A stretch of 63,671 nt of DNA, filler included, from Basidioascus undulatus (GCA_000826855.1; 17 parts of 17 records of this genome joined end to end with filler, not necessarily neighbours in it), one strand, 5' to 3'. Shown: positions 41,078-54,442, counted from the first letter of the whole stretch. The notes: generated from the letters alone by a model not told the origin. Numbers and translations are program-made.

Positions 41078-43380
41078 GCTGGCAGCTCGGCTCGGACCCC
41101 GAGATCCAAGTCGCGACACTCGTGTCGAACCACCTCGCGTCGGGCATCCTCAAGTACTTTGGCGACTCAGGGCGCATGGCGCGCGCGGCGAACCTGTTTG
41201 AGAAGATTGCGGAAGCGGAGCGCCGCAAGCACGGGGAGAAGGTCGGGAGCGAGGTCGACTCGCTCACGGCGAGGGCCTATTTGGGGATGAGTGCGACCTT
41301 CTCCGTCCTCCCCTCCCTTCGCCCTTATCCTTTTCTGCTTCGTGTTGCTTCGTTCTGTGATGAGGGAAAATACTGAAGGACTTGGCTCGGGAACAGACGA
41401 GGAAGTCCTCGCAATCCGCACCCTCAACCGCGCGCTCACCGCCTCCCCGCAATCCTGGCCGCTCCTGCATGTGCAAGTCGACTTCCTCCGGTCCAAGGGC
41501 CGCGGCGACTGGGCGACGACGCTCGCGCGCCAGGCCGTCGAGTGCGCGCCGAGTGAGTTCGTCACCTGGGCTAAGCTCACGGAGTGCTTGATCGAGGCGG
41601 GGGAACATGAGGCGGTGCGTTGCGCTCACTGTCTAGGGAAAGGGAAGGGAGACTGATGTGTGTTTGGGTTTGGTGGGGTGGTGTAGGCGCTCCTCACCCT
41701 CAACTCGTGCCCCATGTTCACGTACAACGAGCGCGACCTCCACCGCATGCCCACGCCCGCGCGGACGCACCTCCCCGTGAAGAAGTGGATCATCGATGCG
41801 AACGTGATTGATGATGAGTCGAGTCGGGACAACGAGGTGCGTTTTCTCTTCCTCCCAGCCTACCCCACTTCTCCGCTCCTTGTCACTCGGGATGGTGCTG
41901 GTCCCTGATCGTGGAACGCGGAACCCAGGCGGACATCACGCTCCTGCGCCTCCCCGCGCCTTCCCTGCGCGGGACGTTCGCGAGGGCGTACGAGCTCCTC
42001 ACGCGCCTGTGCCACCAGATCGGGTGGGACGAGCTCCTCAAGAAGCGATCGTCGGTGTTCGTGATGGAGGAGGAGTACCGGATGCAAAAAGCCGTCTCGG
42101 AGGGCGGTGGGGCTTCTTCCGACGCAGACGACGACGCGAGCGTCCGCGGCGTCGCGCCTAGCACGGCGGCGGACTCGGACCAACAGCAGCAGCAGCAGCA
42201 CCCGCCCCTCAGCCCGAGCATCCCGACCATCAAGATTTCCACCGACTCGGACCACGAGCGCGAGCAGCTCCGCGCCGCCGGCCTGCCGGGCATCAACGGC
42301 GGGGAACCGGGGATCGAGAAGCCCCAGCAGGCGCACGAGAATGCCGCGGCGAGCGCGGTTGCGGCGGAGGAGCGCGAACGGGAAGAGGAGGGAGGGGAGG
42401 GAAAGCCCGAGACGCATGTCAGTGCGAAGGGCGGCTTGAGCTTCAACGATAAGAAGCTTTGCGAGCGATGGTTGGATAACCTTATGCTCGTGCTTTATGA
42501 GGTGCGTTGCTTCAGTGCGCCGGGGTGAGGAGGAGAGGAACTGATCCGATGAGTGGCGGGGCACGCAGGATCTGAGGGTCCTCACGATCTAGTCCGTCTC
42601 CTATCGCTGTCGCACCCTCTCCCAACCGTATCGACTGACCCCCGTTTCCGCCGCGACACGAACAGCAAAGCCGAGCGTGTGCGCTTTCGTGGCTCGCATT
42701 CTTTTGGGCTGAGGATTGGGGTACTGACAACACGACGGCGGCAGTCGCACTTCCGCGCGCAGCAGATGCAGTACCGCAAGACGGGCACGGAATGGGAGAT
42801 CCTCGGCGACCTGTGCGTGCGCCTGCACAACAAGGAGGATGCAAAGGAGGCGTACCAGCGGTGTCTTGATGCCGTGCGTCGAACCGCACTCCACTTCTTG
42901 ATTCGTCAACTTCCGAACTGAGGCGGAGGGTGCGGATGGAAACACAGAAATTCTCGGCAAAAGCGTACTCGCGCTTGCTCGAGATCTTTGCGGGCGAGGG
43001 CGACACGCAGCGCGCGCTGGCGATGGCGATCCGCTTGGCGGCGTACCACCACCGGTGCGTCTTTTCGCCTGGCTTGGTTTGTGGCCTGAGGCTGATGGTT
43101 TGATGGCAACGCAGGTGGTACACCGAGATGGTCGTGCGTCGTGCTCCTTTGGCTTCTCCTTCCCCTCTCCCGCCGTTCCTCCATAGGCTGACACTGCAAT
43201 GGGGCTCAACAGTACCCCGGCGCGGTCGCGTCGAACCTCTTCAAGCTCGTGCGGACCGAGGGCGCCGCAAAGCTGAACAACACGCTCCTCAGCCTCAACC
43301 TCCCCCCGCAGCTGCTCAAGACGCTCCAGGCCTACTTGGAGTGGGCCGAGACGTTCAGGGTCGAGGGCGCAGAGTACTGA
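41078..43380 (+). CDS. Exomer cargo adaptor, ChAPs family (Bch1/Bud7-like), 5'-truncated
   Basis: LTLNSCPMFTYNERDLHRMP, LRGTFARAYELL, IGWDELLKKRSSVFVMEEEY, KKLCERWLDNL, EWEILGDL. Confidence 0.93.
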
Positions 43381-43537
43381 GCGCGTCCCGCGAGGGNNNN
43401 NNNNNNNNNNNNNNNNNNNNNNNNNNNNNNNNNNNNNNNNTTAATTAATTAANNNNNNNNNNNNNNNNNNNNNNNNNNNNNNNNNNNNNNNNNNNNAACC
43501 AGTACTCCAGCCGAGCCAGCACACCCACACCCAACAG

Positions 43538-43844
43538 CCCCCCCTCCATCCCAACGCCCTCCTCCTCCCTCCTCGCCCTACACTCCCTCCGCCGCGCCTT
43601 CCGGAAAAAGAGCTCCAAGCGCATCGCTTACGCGCACCTCCCCGCAGCGGGCGCGGACGAGGTCGCCCCCTCGACCGGCGAGGACGTAAGGGACCAGTTG
43701 GAGGCGGTCAGGGACAAGCTCGCGCGGGCGGTTTATAAGGTGGAGGATGGGGTACAGGGGTGGGAGATCGAGCGCGCGGGGGAGGCGGTGAGGCGATTGG
43801 AGGGGAGAGGGGTGGGGAGCGAGGTCGTTAAGGTACTTGGGTAG
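43538..43844 (+). CDS. 3' end of an unidentified gene
   Basis: Open helical-looking frame ...DQLEAVRDKLARAVYKVEDG...VVKVLG* after a CAG acceptor. Confidence 0.4.
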
Positions 43845-44257
43845 TGGATTGCATGGAGCGGGGATCGCAGAGGGACACATTTCGGTTAATCTTATCTTAT
43901 CATTTTGTACTGGATTTTCATTTCTTCTTTCTTTGCTTGGAAGGACGGACGTGCACTGCCGCAATCGGAGGTGAAAGCGTCGGCCTCCGGCCTTTGGAGC
44001 ACAGAGGTGTACATGGCTCCGGGACATTTCTCCAGTATCTTGCCACGCCTCGAATCTATCAACATATCTTCGGAAATCATGTTACATTTTGATTTGCAGG
44101 TCGCCCTGAAGTTGCCTGGAGTTGCCGTTTAACTAAGCAGTGCCGTGTGGAATCCGCGGAAAGTCCTGCGAGCGCAGTATGACGCGGCCTTGAAAGCATG
44201 TGAACGCGTCTCGCCTGCTCGATCTCAACGCCCATTTCACCTACAACGCATTTCGCC

Positions 44258-45431
44258 ATGACTTCGGACGTGAAGAACATCCACAAGGCCGCGCTCGAAG
44301 GTACTACATCCTCCATTCAAGCATGTTCCATGAGCGGGAGCTGATCTGGAGTGGCGCTGCCAGGCCAACCGGGTCTCGTCCGGTCCATCCTCGACTCGAA
44401 TCCCGAGTCGCTCAACTCGAAGGACGCTGTGAGATCCAATCTCCATTTTTTTTTCTGAAAGTTGCGCTAAATCTTGGGCACAGGACGGACGCACCCCCCT
44501 GCACTGGGCCGTATCACCTGGGCACCCCTCGATCGTGCTCGAGCTGCTCAAGCGGGGGGGAGACATCGAGGCGAGAGACGAGAGCGGGTGGACGCCTTTG
44601 CTGATTGCTGGTGAGTCGTCCATAAGCTCGAGAGCTTTTAACGAGCGGGCGGGCCTGACATATCCCTGTGCGATGGGATAAAGCGTCGGGAGGGAACGAG
44701 GAGGTCGTCTCGGAGCTGTTGGGCGCCGGGGCGGACCCGAATGTCGCGAACGATAAGGGCCAGACGCCGCTGCATTATGCTGCGAGCAAGGGGAGGCTGG
44801 AGGTGCGTGTTGCTGCTTTGATGGGCTATTCGAGGTCTGATTTGGGTGTCGTTTGGCGGGCAGATTGCGAAGAAGCTGCTGGCGAAGGGTGCGGACGTGA
44901 ACGCGAAGGATAAGGCGAACCAGCAGCCGCTGTGGGTTCCGTGTGCTTCCTCCTTCCCCAGTCCGCTGAGACGAGCTTGAAATTTCTCGTCTTGAAGGCA
45001 CCGCGCTGCGACCGTCGGACACGACGCGCTCGTGCGCCTCCTGATCAACCCTGGGCCTCTGCCCGACGGGACTGCGCGCCCGAAGACGCGCCTGAACGGG
45101 GCAGACCGGGTCGGTAAGCGACCACTCTTCTTTACCCTTCATCAACTCGTGGCACTGATGCATGGCGGATCTGTGAAGGCAACACCCCCTTGCACCTCGC
45201 GATGGAGAGCGGAAACGCCAGCACGGCGGTTATCCTCATTGAAGCCGGTGCGGACCGTGAAAGGGTGCGCCTCCTGCCATCAATCCACGGAGTACTTCTG
45301 AGCTCATGGATTTTGGTTCGCAGCAAAATCTGGATGGCCAGGTGCCGGAAGAGCTCGAGGGGATCGGGCGCGACCCGCAGCGCAAGATTATCCAATATGT
45401 CGTCGCGCACTGCGGGCCGAGGGATGAATGA
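44258..45431 (+). CDS. NAS6: Ankyrin-repeat proteasome assembly chaperone (Nas6/gankyrin-like)
   Basis: IHKAALEG, DGRTPLHWA, DESGWTPLLIA, GQTPLHYAASK, DKANQQPL, GNTPLHLAMES. Confidence 0.82.
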
Positions 45432-45783
45432 AATGTGATGAGAAGCGAATTCATTGGCGATTGCGGCTCACGCTCATGTCCGAGAAGGGAAGATGCGCAG
45501 ATCACTTGCAGGGCGGTTGTCAAGAGAGCACGGGTGTGCCTGATCGCCGCTCGTCGCTCGTTGCTTCGTAACCAGCAGCCGCCGGGTACTCCGCTCATCG
45601 CATTACCATGCATCGTCCGACTTTCTTGGCTCCCCTACTCTGGAATTTCACCTCATCTCGACGTCGACGTACTGATCCCCGAGCCTAGTTTCGAGCATCG
45701 CGCGTCCCGCTACACTTTCCACCTCGTCTTCCACCCGGAGCAGCGCCGGTCGCCTCCCACAAAATCCCTCGTCGCCGGCCGAC

Positions 45784-45940
45784 ATGCTCACGCTCACCTG
45801 TCTCCCTCGTCTTTCGCTCTTCCTCTTCGCTGTCGCATTCCCCGCTTTCGGCGCCCCAGTCCCGTCTCCCAAGCCCAAGCCCCAGCGGACGGTCATCATC
45901 TCCTCGGGCGGCGGGGGAGGCGTGCAGACGCTTCTGCCTG
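45784..45940 (+). CDS. N-terminus of a secreted protein (truncated)
   Basis: MLTLTCLPRLSLFLFAVAFPAFG-APVPSPKP signal-peptide pattern. Confidence 0.5.
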
Positions 45941-46040
45941 NNNNNNNNNNNNNNNNNNNNNNNNNNNNNNNNNNNNNNNNNNNNTTAATTAATTAANNNN
46001 NNNNNNNNNNNNNNNNNNNNNNNNNNNNNNNNNNNNNNNN

Positions 46041-46607
46041 GGGTGTTCAGCTCGGAGAGGTCGGGATCGCCCCCCACGCATATACCGACGCACCTCGGTT
46101 TCGCCCTCTCCTCCTTCTTTCCCTTATACTCCTTCCCGCGCTTGAGCTCCTCCACTTCCCTCCTCAGCTCCTCCACCTCGCGCTGCACCCTCTCGCTCTG
46201 CGCGCGCTCCTTTCCCAAGGCCTGCTCGAACCCCGCCCGCTCAGCAGCAAGCGTCCACCCCTCCCCCAGCGCGCTATGCGCCTCTGCGACGCTTTCGAAC
46301 CCGAGCTGGCGCGCGAGGGCGTCCGACTGCGCGCGGAGGTCGGACAGCTCGGAGCGCAGGGCGTCCGCCGTAGATGCCAGGACGGCGTTGCGGGCGTTGA
46401 GGTCTTGGTGGGTGGAGTGTCAGGGCGCTTGGGGGAGGATTGTATGGGGGAAGGGGACTTACCAGAGGTTATTTTCTCGCGTAGCGCTCGCGACTTGGCT
46501 TGCATCTGCGCGATGATGCTCCCAAAGTCGTCCGGGTCGGCGTCGAGCTCGGTCAAGTCGCCTGGGGCGGCAGCGGCGGGGACGGACTTGTGCGCCCCGT
46601 CGTCCAT
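46041..46607 (-). CDS. Coiled-coil protein, N-terminal part
   Basis: Spliced frame with heptads (LRSELSDLRAQ, VQREVEELRREVEELK). Confidence 0.55.
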
Positions 46608-46829
46608 CGTACGAATATATTCGAAAGGGTGCTGTTAAATTTGAGAAATTGATATCTTTGTGAGATACTCGAGCGTAAGAAGAAGAGTGTTGAGTTTCAG
46701 ACTGGGTGTATGCGGCGCGTGAGGTTGTGGTCGGGAACAAGCCGCGCCACGCGACTTGCCTTTCCCGCCCGCGATCGCCCTGGCCCCGTTCCTCCTGCCA
46801 TCATCCCCAGAATCCTCAGAATCCCCAGA

Positions 46830-47782
46830 ATGTCTTCCGACTACCCGCGCATCAATCTCGACTCGTCCAAGCACCTCGCGCACGTCGAGCAGTCGTACGC
46901 TCAGGTCCTCCACGACATCGCCCGCGAGTCGCGCGCGGGGAGCAAGAAGCGCAGCGCGTTCGACGAGCAGGTCGATGTTGTCCTCAGGCTCGTGCGTTGC
47001 TCGGGGGTTGGAAGATTATGAGCAGGGAGCTAATAGGGAGAAGGTACGGTGGAGCAGTACCTCAAGAAGACGTTCGACCTGGCGCGCCCGAATCTGCGCG
47101 TGAATGGGCAGGACTACGAGGAGTCTATCAAGCAGTCCGAGGGTGCGTCCACCCCCCGCCCTCCATCTCCTCCCTCTCCGTTACCATCTCGCACCCCATC
47201 TCGTTCCGTCCTGATCCCCACCTCAACTGCCCAGACCTCGAGCCCTTCAACGAATCCTACCGCGCGCGGATGACCGCACTCGAAGCCGAGATCGACGCGC
47301 TCCAGACGCGCATGGCCGAGCGCCGGCGCACCGTCCCGCTCGAGCTCGAGCGCGTGCACGCCGCGGACGTCGCGCGCTGGCGGACTGTGGACGAGCGCGT
47401 GCGGGCGCTCGTGGAGGAGGAGGAGCGCGCGGCGGAGGAGGAGCGGAAGGCGAGGGAGGAGGGGAAAGGTCAGTGTTGCTGCTCGGTGGGAGAGCGGGAC
47501 GGGGATGGGATGGAGGCTGATGTGTTGGGATGGTGTTGGGTGGGGCAGGTCCTGTACCGACGCTGGACGAGGAAGCCGTCGAGACGTTCAATACCACCGC
47601 CGCGCAGATCAGCGCCAGCCTCTCCGTGCGTCCCCGTCTCCTCTCAGCCCCTCCCAGTTCTCCCCTCCTTTCAATACTTCCTTTCCTCACCCTCCCGATC
47701 TCTCCAGATCCTCCCCGCCCAACTATCCAAGATGGAGCAAGCCCAGTCCCTACGCTCCGAGATCGAGTCGCTCGAGAGCTGA
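46830..47782 (+). CDS. NSL1: Kinetochore MIND/Mis12 complex subunit Nsl1/Mis14
   Basis: MSSDYPRINLDS, TFDLARPNLRVNG and LEPFNE...MAERRRTVP match the Mis14 family pattern. Confidence 0.75.
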
Positions 47783-48240
47783 CCCATTGTTTACTCTTCG
47801 CCCCTCCCGACCCACTTCGTTCGCCATGTACTGTTTATTACTATGCTACACATTATACCCTTGCGCTGTCGCCCGTATCTCAAGAATCATCGCATGAAGA
47901 GAAGCGTGCTTTCAAGTATCGAGGAGGTGCAGTTGCCGACGCGCGACGCGCGACGCGTCCTGACCCGGGACGCAAAGCGCGGTTGATGTCCTTTCTACTC
48001 GCCGCGCCGGCTCCTCTCGCCCCTTCGTCCTTTCCACCACACACATCTTTCTTGCACCCTCAACATCCGCATCAGTACCAGCATCCTAAATCAATCGTAT
48101 CCCATCGTCCATCTATTCATTTCACCGCCACAGTCGCTCACAAGCGACATTAAACACAACACAAAATAACCCCGCACTCCATCCGCCGCCGCGCCATCGC
48201 CCTTCGTCTTCCCTTGCCCCTCCCCTCTCCGCCAACTCTC

Positions 48241-48460
48241 ATGGTACACCCCAACCCCCAAACCAACCGTCCCATATACCATCCACGCACTCACGCACCC
48301 CCATTCTCCTTCCACCCAATCCCAGTCTAACCGCTACTCCACCACGCTCGACCGCGCCGGCTCGTCCTCGTACGGCGAGCCGCTGACGTCCCTCCCGCCG
48401 GGCAAGCGCCCGGACGCAAAGAAGAAGCTCGTCGTTACTGGGGATGGAGGGTGTGGGAAG
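48241..48460 (+). CDS. Rho-family GTPase (Rho4-like), N-terminus
   Basis: ATG (48241-48243), intron 48244-48325, then SNRY...RPDAKKKLVVTGDGGCGK (P-loop). Confidence 0.8.
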
Positions 48461-48583
48461 GTGCGCCTCCTCCCTTCCCCTCTNNNNNNNNNNNNNNNNN
48501 NNNNNNNNNNNNNNNNNNNNNNNNNNNTTAATTAATTAANNNNNNNNNNNNNNNNNNNNNNNNNNNNNNNNNNNNNNNNNNNN

Positions 48584-49302
48584 CCCCCCAGTCTGTCTTT
48601 CTCTCACTCTCTCGCGCAGCACACCACTCCCTTGCCTCCTTAAAGTCCAGACGCCCGATCGCACCGCCAAAGCGCTGGTACCGCTCTGCGGGGACGCACT
48701 CGGCGCGCGGCGGGAGCGGGCAGGTGGGGCGGAACGGGTGGGTTGGGGGGGTGCTGAGCGGGTGGAGAGGAGAGGTTGATGGGGCGGGCAGGAGGGTGGA
48801 TAGGATCCAGTGCGATTTGATCGCCAGCTCCGGGGCACCATCAACCTGTTCGGTGCGGACTGAGCTTTTGTTTGCGGAGGAAGGAGTAGGAGCGCGACGC
48901 ACATCCACGACCAAGTCAACAAGCAAATGCGAGCTCGCCTTCGCGCGCTTGAGCAGTCGCACGTCCAGCCTCGCCTCCTTCCCGACAAGCGCAGGGCGGA
49001 GAAAGTGCGCCGAGACGTGGTGCGGGTCCGGGTGGGCGGGGAGGAAGCGCGCGGCGTGCTGGATCGCGGCTTGCGCGACGATGCTTAGGGCGTAGCCTGC
49101 TCGGGCAGAGGTTCAGTATGCTAAATGAGGAGCGTAGGGAGGGCAGGGAAGGGGGAATGGAGAGGAGGAAGGAAGATGCACCCCCGTGAGGTGCGGTCCA
49201 GAGACACCAGTCTGGGTCGAGGAAGCACAAGTATGTCGCGTGGGAGCCGTCGGCGGAGGCGGTAAGGAGGGTTGTCGCGATCGCCTCGCGGAGGGGCGCC
49301 AT
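48584..49302 (-). CDS. Thioesterase-like (double hot-dog) superfamily protein, 3'-truncated
   Basis: LDPDWCLWTAPHG|GYALS...HPDPHHVSAHFLRP. Confidence 0.82.
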
Positions 49303-49631
49303 ATTCTCCGAACCGCAGTCGACTAATTTGGGTATACGAGGAGGTGGTGGTAGACAAGGAGGAGGAGGAGGAGGAAGAGGGGAGGGGGAAGACGCGATCG
49401 AAGCTCGAAGCTCGATGGCCGGCCCGGCTATCCGGCTAGGTCGGGGCCGGGCGGCGCACCGTGTGGGCGCGGCGAAGCGAAGTGCGAGGTGAGGTCCATT
49501 CGAAGGTCAGGACGAGGCGTGAGCGAAGTGAATGGAGAACGACGTGTGAGAGCAGTTTGAAGACGAGAGTGAGCAACGAGGCCAGCAAACAGCCCCCCCG
49601 TCAAGCACAGCACCGCGTTCTTTTCATCTCC

Positions 49632-50552
49632 CTACTCCTCCCTCCTCCTCCCCCTCCCCTGCCTCCTCCACCACCCGACCCTCCTCCACGCCACCGTCGC
49701 AATCGCGCTGAGGACCGCCCAGCCGGGGACGAGCCAGCTGAGGACCCACCACCCTGCGGTCTGGGCGCGCCAGCGCGCGACCATGCGGTCGACCTGCTCG
49801 TGGAGCTCGCGCGGCGCGCCGGAGTTGTCGAGCACTGTGTCGGCGTAGGCGAGCTTCGAGGCGAGTGGACGCTGAGAGGAGAGGCGCGCGCGCGCTTGGT
49901 CCGCGGGGAGGGAGTCGCGGGTGATCATGCGCTGCATTTGGAGGGGCTCGGAACTGAGATGGGGGATGGATCAGCTGTCTTCTTCGGCTCGCTGTCTTCC
50001 GCCGCATGAGGATGGAGAAAACGCACCAGTATATGAGCACGACCTGCCCCGCCCACTTCCACAGCCCCGCCTCAACTAGCAGCGGGGCGTCAACCACGCA
50101 CACCCTCTCGCCCCTCGCCCAAGCCTTAACAATCTCCCACGCCATCCTCTTCCTAATCCGGGGGTGCGTAACGCCCTCCAGCCACTTCCGCTCCTTCGTA
50201 TCGCTGAACACGACCTCCCCAAGCGCCTTGCGGTTCAGCGACCCGTCGGGCAGGAGCACCCGCGCGGCGCCGAAGCGCGCCGCGATGAGCTGCAGCGCGC
50301 GCGAACCGGGCGCGACGACTTCCCGCGCCAGGACGTCCAGGTCGATGATGGGAAGGTGGTGCTCTTCGCGTAGGCGCTTGGAGACGGTTGATTTGCCGGA
50401 GCTGAGGGGCGGGGAGGGTGAGCGGAGCCGGGCAGAGGGGTAGAGAAGAGAGGGACGCACGCGATCCCGCCCGTGAGGCCGACGACTGGTCAAGCGGTAC
50501 GTCAGCCGGAAGTGAGTGCTTTAAGGCAGAAGAATGCAGAGCTACCGAGCAT
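49632..50552 (-). CDS. CAB5: Dephospho-CoA kinase
   Basis: ML|VVGLTGGIA|SGKSTVS, IIDLDVLAREVV, LNRKALGEVVF, THPRI, DAPLLVE. Confidence 0.95.
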
Positions 50553-51123
50553 GTTCTGGCGGGTGCGGCGATTTGGAAGGAAGGGCGAAGCAGGAAGGCG
50601 AGTCTGAAGCGATAACGAGCCGCGAGATGACGATGGTTTGAGGGGCAAGTTGCTCTCGCTCCCACTGACTTTGCAACACTCTCAAGCATCGCCTCGCACA
50701 AAGCACCCCCAAGACGCAAGATTTGAATTTGTTATACAGCATTGTTCTCAATAGCAGCAGCAGCGAAGAAAACATAAGAAACGTTGCTCGCTCGCACACA
50801 CAAATACGGGCCGAAAGAACAGAAACAGAAAACACAGAAAAAGAGACAGCTGAGAGAGATCGCGTGCTGGGTCCTCCTTTCGAGTTCGCGTTCCTCACGC
50901 GGCGGCGGCGACCTGGGCGTTGCTCTGCTGCGCGCGCCCGACGGGTTGTTGGATGGAGGATCCGGCGGACGTGGCGGAGGCGGCGGAGGACGCGAGGCTG
51001 GCGGCAGCGGCGGCCGAGTGCTGNNNNNNNNNNNNNNNNNNNNNNNNNNNNNNNNNNNNNNNNNNNNTTAATTAATTAANNNNNNNNNNNNNNNNNNNNN
51101 NNNNNNNNNNNNNNNNNNNNNNN

Positions 51124-52751
51124 AAGCGAGAAGGGGAAGGTGGGGAGGAGAGAAGATGAAGTGGGCGGTGGGGGTCAGATGAGAAGATAGGAAGAAGGAG
51201 GTGGACAGATGGGGAGGTGGACAGATGGGGAGATGGGAGAAGGGGAGAGGGAGAAGGGGAGAGGGAGAAGGTAGAGAGGGCAGAAGGTGGTGAGGGGAAA
51301 CAGAAGGAAATACGCACCTCCCCAGGCGGGTACGAGTTGATCCTCCGCTCAATGACATCGCGCGCGAGGGACGTCCACTTTCGGTCGGAGGGGACGGGGC
51401 CGTGCGAGCGGGGGCTGCATGATGGATCGCGGCCAATTTGTTCAAAGTCGCGCGGTAAGTGAGAAGGAGGAGCGGAATGACAGGAGAGGAGGAAGAGGAG
51501 AAGAGAAAGAAGGGCGACACTCACGTCTGCTGCAGCCCGTCCAGCTCATACAGCGTCCCGTCGATAGGCTGGTACACGATGAAATGGTACCTGGCTCCGC
51601 ATACCCATCCCCAGTGTCAGCCTACCCCTAAAAAAACTTAAAAAAAGGGAAGATAGCATGGGGGGAAGGAGAGTGGGGAAAACGACGCACGGTTCCTCCT
51701 TCCCCTCCCTGCTCCCATCATCCTCGACCGCAAACGGGTCGGAGCGCGCAAACGAGTTGTGCACCTCCCGAATCTTTTCAGAGTTGGTGATCACTTCGCC
51801 GCGGGTCTGTTTGGCGCTTGATGGTCAGCTTTGATTTCGTGGAGCGAAGAGAGTCTAGCTCGAGAAGGAGAAGCAAAGATGGAAGAGTGGGGACAGGCAG
51901 CACGGCGAGAGAGAAAGAGGGTGCGGCGGTAAAAGGAGGAGAAGTAGAGCACGGCGGAAGTGGGACAGGACGTGGGGGAGGTAGAGCGATGGAAGAGGCA
52001 CGCACGGACGCGTCGAACTCGCTCGAGAACGCGCGGAGGTTCTCGAGCTCCTCGCCGAGTTTGATCGACGAAGAGGGGGGGATGTTGAATACCTGTCCAT
52101 TTCCCACAGTTTCCAATCACAATCACATCCCAGCGTAAGAACCCAGCGCTCGGAGGGAGGGAAGGGAGCGAGACGCACGGCATTGAGGACTGCCAAGGTG
52201 GCACAGGCGTTGTTGATCACCTATCGTCCGTCCCCCCCAGAATGTCAGTGCCACAAAGAAAGCAGGGAGGGCGTGAACGCGGCGGGGGAAGGAGACGCAC
52301 CTGATGCGCAAAGTACCCCGGGAAGACGTCCACCTTCTCTCCATCCCGCGTGTCGTCGTGCCCGCCCACCCACTTGAACAAGAAGATCAGGGCGTGGATG
52401 GGCCTTCTCGCATCCCAATCAGCTATCCTCCTTTTGAGGGAAACGAGAGGAGGACGGAAGCGCACTCAAGCTCGTCCATCAGCGAGTCATCCATCGTCCA
52501 CAGGTCCTCGACTTGCAGACCCTGGGTCCCAAAACCCCAGAGCATCTCACTAACCCCCGGTTCCACCCAACACCACCTTCTCAGCGCCATCCGTCCCATC
52601 CTTTACAAACCATCTCAAAAACGCACGAAAAGATGCCCGGCTCGGACTCAGTCAAGGACCTTTTCCCGACCCCGCGCACGCATCAGCTCCCCATCTCCAT
52701 CGTGATCGTTAACCGTACTGCGCGGACGGACCAGCCTGCGTTGTCAGCCAT
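51124..52751 (-). CDS. Ubiquitin C-terminal hydrolase UCH37/UCHL5-like, 3'-truncated
   Basis: TESEPGIF, LQVEDLW, ALIFLFKW, FAHQ|VINNACATLA, IREVHNSFAR, YHFIVY...LYELDGL. Confidence 0.92.
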
Positions 52752-53628
52752 CTTTTATTGTGCGTAATGAGGTGGTGTGGGTAAGAACGGAGAAGGCACG
52801 ACGAGGGACGACGCGTCGCTTGGGGGTGCGTCATTTGGGGGGCGGTCCGCGGGCGGGCCGCGTTTGGGGTGTGGGGCTGCCGAGTTGGCCAGCTGCCGAG
52901 GGTTTCTGCGGACAACAGGGAACTGCTACATGATTCTCCTCTGTACGCTCTGTACTGTCCCAACAGGTGGCTCCATGGTGTCCCAAAGCATCGTAGGGGA
53001 AGGCAAGGAAGCTTGCCATGCCTGCCGAAAGCGGACACTGCAAGACGCTGTCACCGCAAAATTGTGTGCCTGACACCCGACACCTGACGGACAGGGCCCG
53101 AAACCCGCATTCGTGCCGTGCGCGTGCCTTCGAGCCTTCCGTCTCACCCTTGCTTGTCCCTCTAGCCCTCCTTCCCTTCTTCGCCCTTCCTCTTCCCTCC
53201 TCTTTTTCTTCATCCAAGGTTTTTTTGCTCCTCCAGCGCCCTATTCTTCTCTTCGCTACACCGCCCTAAGTCGCCGGTCGACTCAGCCTGCCCAGAGGTT
53301 TCCTCGAATCTTGACGCGCCCACGCTCGCTGCACGCGCCCACGCTTCAGAGCGTGACACAGACATCGACCTCGACTCTCGGCTCGCCCTCGGTTCCTCGC
53401 CCTCCCTCGCTCGCGTGCGCCTTCTGTAGTTCCAGCCTACGCCCAGCAACTTACACCCACCCACCCTTACGTTCGTCCAGGCCAGCCGCAGCCCACGCTC
53501 CTTCCCGCGTCTCCCTCCTCCCCCCCCCNNNNNNNNNNNNNNNNNNNNNNNNNNNNNNNNNNNNNNNNNNNNTTAATTAATTAANNNNNNNNNNNNNNNN
53601 NNNNNNNNNNNNNNNNNNNNNNNNNNNN

Positions 53629-54033
53629 GAGGACGAGGGCGATGTTACGTACAGTGCGTTCCGGTAGACTTCGCTTCTTATTGTCGCAGCGTGTGCTTAT
53701 CATACCAATTTGCTACCAGTCAACGAGCGGAACAAGGTCTTCAACAAGAAGGTGCGTGCGCGTTGCTTATCCTGTTGCTTGACGCGAGGCCGTTTTCGTC
53801 GCAATGCAGAACTCTGAGACATCCTCCCTCCTCGCAGATCTCCCGCTACTTCGACAAATACACCAAGTGCGTGGCTCTCATATTCTGTCCATTCTTGCGA
53901 GAAAATCGAAGCTGACCCGTTTGACCTGCAGGGAGTACGTTCTTCATTTCGACGCCGAGACGCCCGCGGCGTTTCCTGACCCCTTGTTTTCCACAGGATC
54001 CGGCAGTCGTTCGAGAGAGGAACTGCTCTGTAG
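53629..54033 (+). CDS. SYF2: Pre-mRNA splicing factor Syf2, C-terminus
   Basis: DVTYINERNKVFNKK|ISRYFDKYTKEIRQSFERGTAL*. Confidence 0.93.
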
Positions 54034-54370
54034 CGCATTCGTATTTTCATGTTCCTTCCGATCTTGGACAATACATTTCTCGCATGATCAGAGCGGCATG
54101 CGCTGGTAGTGCCCGGTGTCGCGCACCCGGGATTGCGGTCGCTCGCTCTAGCGTCATGAGCCCTTCGCAGGCGAGCCGATTCTGTTCGGATCGGACTGCT
54201 TCGTCAAGTTTCATTCAGTAGCTATCTCGCCGCAACTGGAAGGCGTTCAGAAAGAAGGGACACGGCACGGTACCCCCATACGCTGCGCTGGACGCTGTAT
54301 GTTTCGCCCATGCCCCTCAATACGGCCGACAGGGTCTTCGCACGTTCTGGTCAAATATGTTCTGTCTTCC

Positions 54371-54442
54371 GTGAACGCGACCAGCAGTGAGTTCTAACTT
54401 GCCAATCGTACGGCGTGGCAGTCAAAGTGAACGCGACGCGTC
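54371..54442. promoter_or_regulatory. MCB-like elements upstream of H2B
   Basis: GTGAACGCGAC occurs twice, and ACGCGT lies at 54436-54441, 120-190 bp before a histone ATG. Confidence 0.4.
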
